A stretch of DNA of 53,394 nt, taken from assembly GCA_020054035.1 (NCBI GenBank), contig JAGVLY010000049.1, forward strand, positions 1-53,394. The letters run 5' to 3'. Made by a program: the position numbers and the translations under genes. The notes under the pieces were generated by a model. That model had not been told where the DNA came from. It made no database searches and saw only the letters and a list, made by a program, of their open reading frames with translations. This document shows, in pieces, positions 53,103 through 53,394 of the stretch (position 1 is the stretch's first letter; each line of letters opens with the position of its first letter). This stretch comes from Bacteroidia bacterium. GTDB taxonomy: Bacteria; Bacteroidota; Bacteroidia; SXHM01.

Positions 53103-53300
53103 TTAAAAATTATCCTCAATCCACTTTTCAATAGTATCTTTTGCCATCTGTTCTGTATTGTTAGGTGTTTCTGGCTTATTAACTTGAATACACATAACGA
53201 GAAACTTTATAGCCTGTTCTTTATCTCCATTCATCCATTTGGCAAAGATTGTTTCTGTGCCACTCATTGTTGTTCCGTATATTGGTTTCAATTTATTCAT
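53103..53300 (-). CDS. Hypothetical small protein (65 aa)
   Basis: Protein-like composition on the same strand as its neighbours. The overlapping plus-strand ORF 52974..53315 looks spurious. Confidence 0.5.
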   Translation of the reverse strand: MNKLKPIYGTTMSGTETIFAKWMNGDKEQAIKFLVMCIQVNKPETPNNTEQMAKDTIEKWIEDNF

Positions 53301-53394
53301 CGTATTAATTTTTAAAAACTATCCTATAACAGCACATACACGCTATTTTTCCACCCTCAATCCAACGCTCACAGCGTGTATCTGCAAAACGTTA

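Larger units (their letters stand above)
26567..53394. mobile_element. Integrated virus-like mobile element inserted at the 3' end of tRNA-Arg; right boundary beyond the window
   Basis: A tyrosine integrase lies directly next to the tRNA. It is followed by a near-continuous minus-strand array that includes a lysin, a DNA methylase/helicase pair and many unknown genes. Element-specific repeats are absent from the left half. I did not spot a second copy of the tRNA 3' end in the window. Confidence 0.8.

Noticed and set aside
53094-53325. Repeated AT-rich string AATTTTTAAAAA(T/C)TATCCT near 53108 and 53305 (a related TTTTTAAAAA at about 47398), considered as a promoter motif.
   Set aside because: It is short, AT-rich and palindromic in an AT-rich genome, with only two good copies. 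That is insufficient to distinguish it from chance.
26567-53394. Search for attR (a direct repeat of the tRNA-Arg 3' end) and for terminase, portal and tail genes within the window.
   Set aside because: I spotted neither by eye. The element still continues at the window edge, so its right boundary and the absence of these genes cannot be asserted from this window alone.

Overview
The window looks like a Bacteroidota chromosome segment, judging from T9SS type B sorting domains, PKD/SprB adhesins and DUF1599/DUF4293 neighbours. It splits into two halves. Nt 1-26566 is ordinary chromosome. It holds two convergent giant PKD-repeat adhesins, a lipoprotein and a collagen-like GXT-repeat protein. 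It also holds tpiA, an orphan ABC permease, a DoxX-like membrane protein, DUF1599 divergent from folP, and a RelE/ParE toxin-antitoxin pair. The rest is a SpoIIE/PP2C phosphatase, truA, an MsbA-like ABC exporter, DUF4293, prmA, a 1489-aa secreted protein and tRNA-Arg(ACG). From the 3' end of that tRNA to the window edge (26567-53394, right end not reached) lies an integrated element. A tyrosine integrase reads on the plus strand, and about 30 tightly packed or translationally coupled genes read on the minus strand. These include a 914-aa P-loop ATPase with an internal duplicated motif, a strawberry-notch-type DEAH helicase and an N6-adenine DNA methylase, together resembling a split form of phage P1 DarB. 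There are also three glycosyltransferase-like genes (one fused to an FkbM methyltransferase), a GH108 lysin with membrane proteins, and a run of small beta-rich and transmembrane proteins. A 1046-aa protein carries a transglutaminase-like protease core, and an ACP, a J-domain protein and a Zn-ribbon protein sit near the right edge. I could not recognise a terminase, portal, tail or conjugation gene in the visible 27 kb. The most striking signal is a ~22-bp hairpin motif (core GTGGATTGTGTCCAC) present five times. All copies lie in the element and in gene orientation: three at gene junctions and two inside CDSs, where both encode SGHNP. Other signals are a TTAAAG iteron-like array, a repeat-dense int-distal intergenic region, an in-frame palindromic insertion in folP, and a degenerate 21-bp tandem array in the host half. 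All functional calls rest on reading the translations for motifs. No database search was run.
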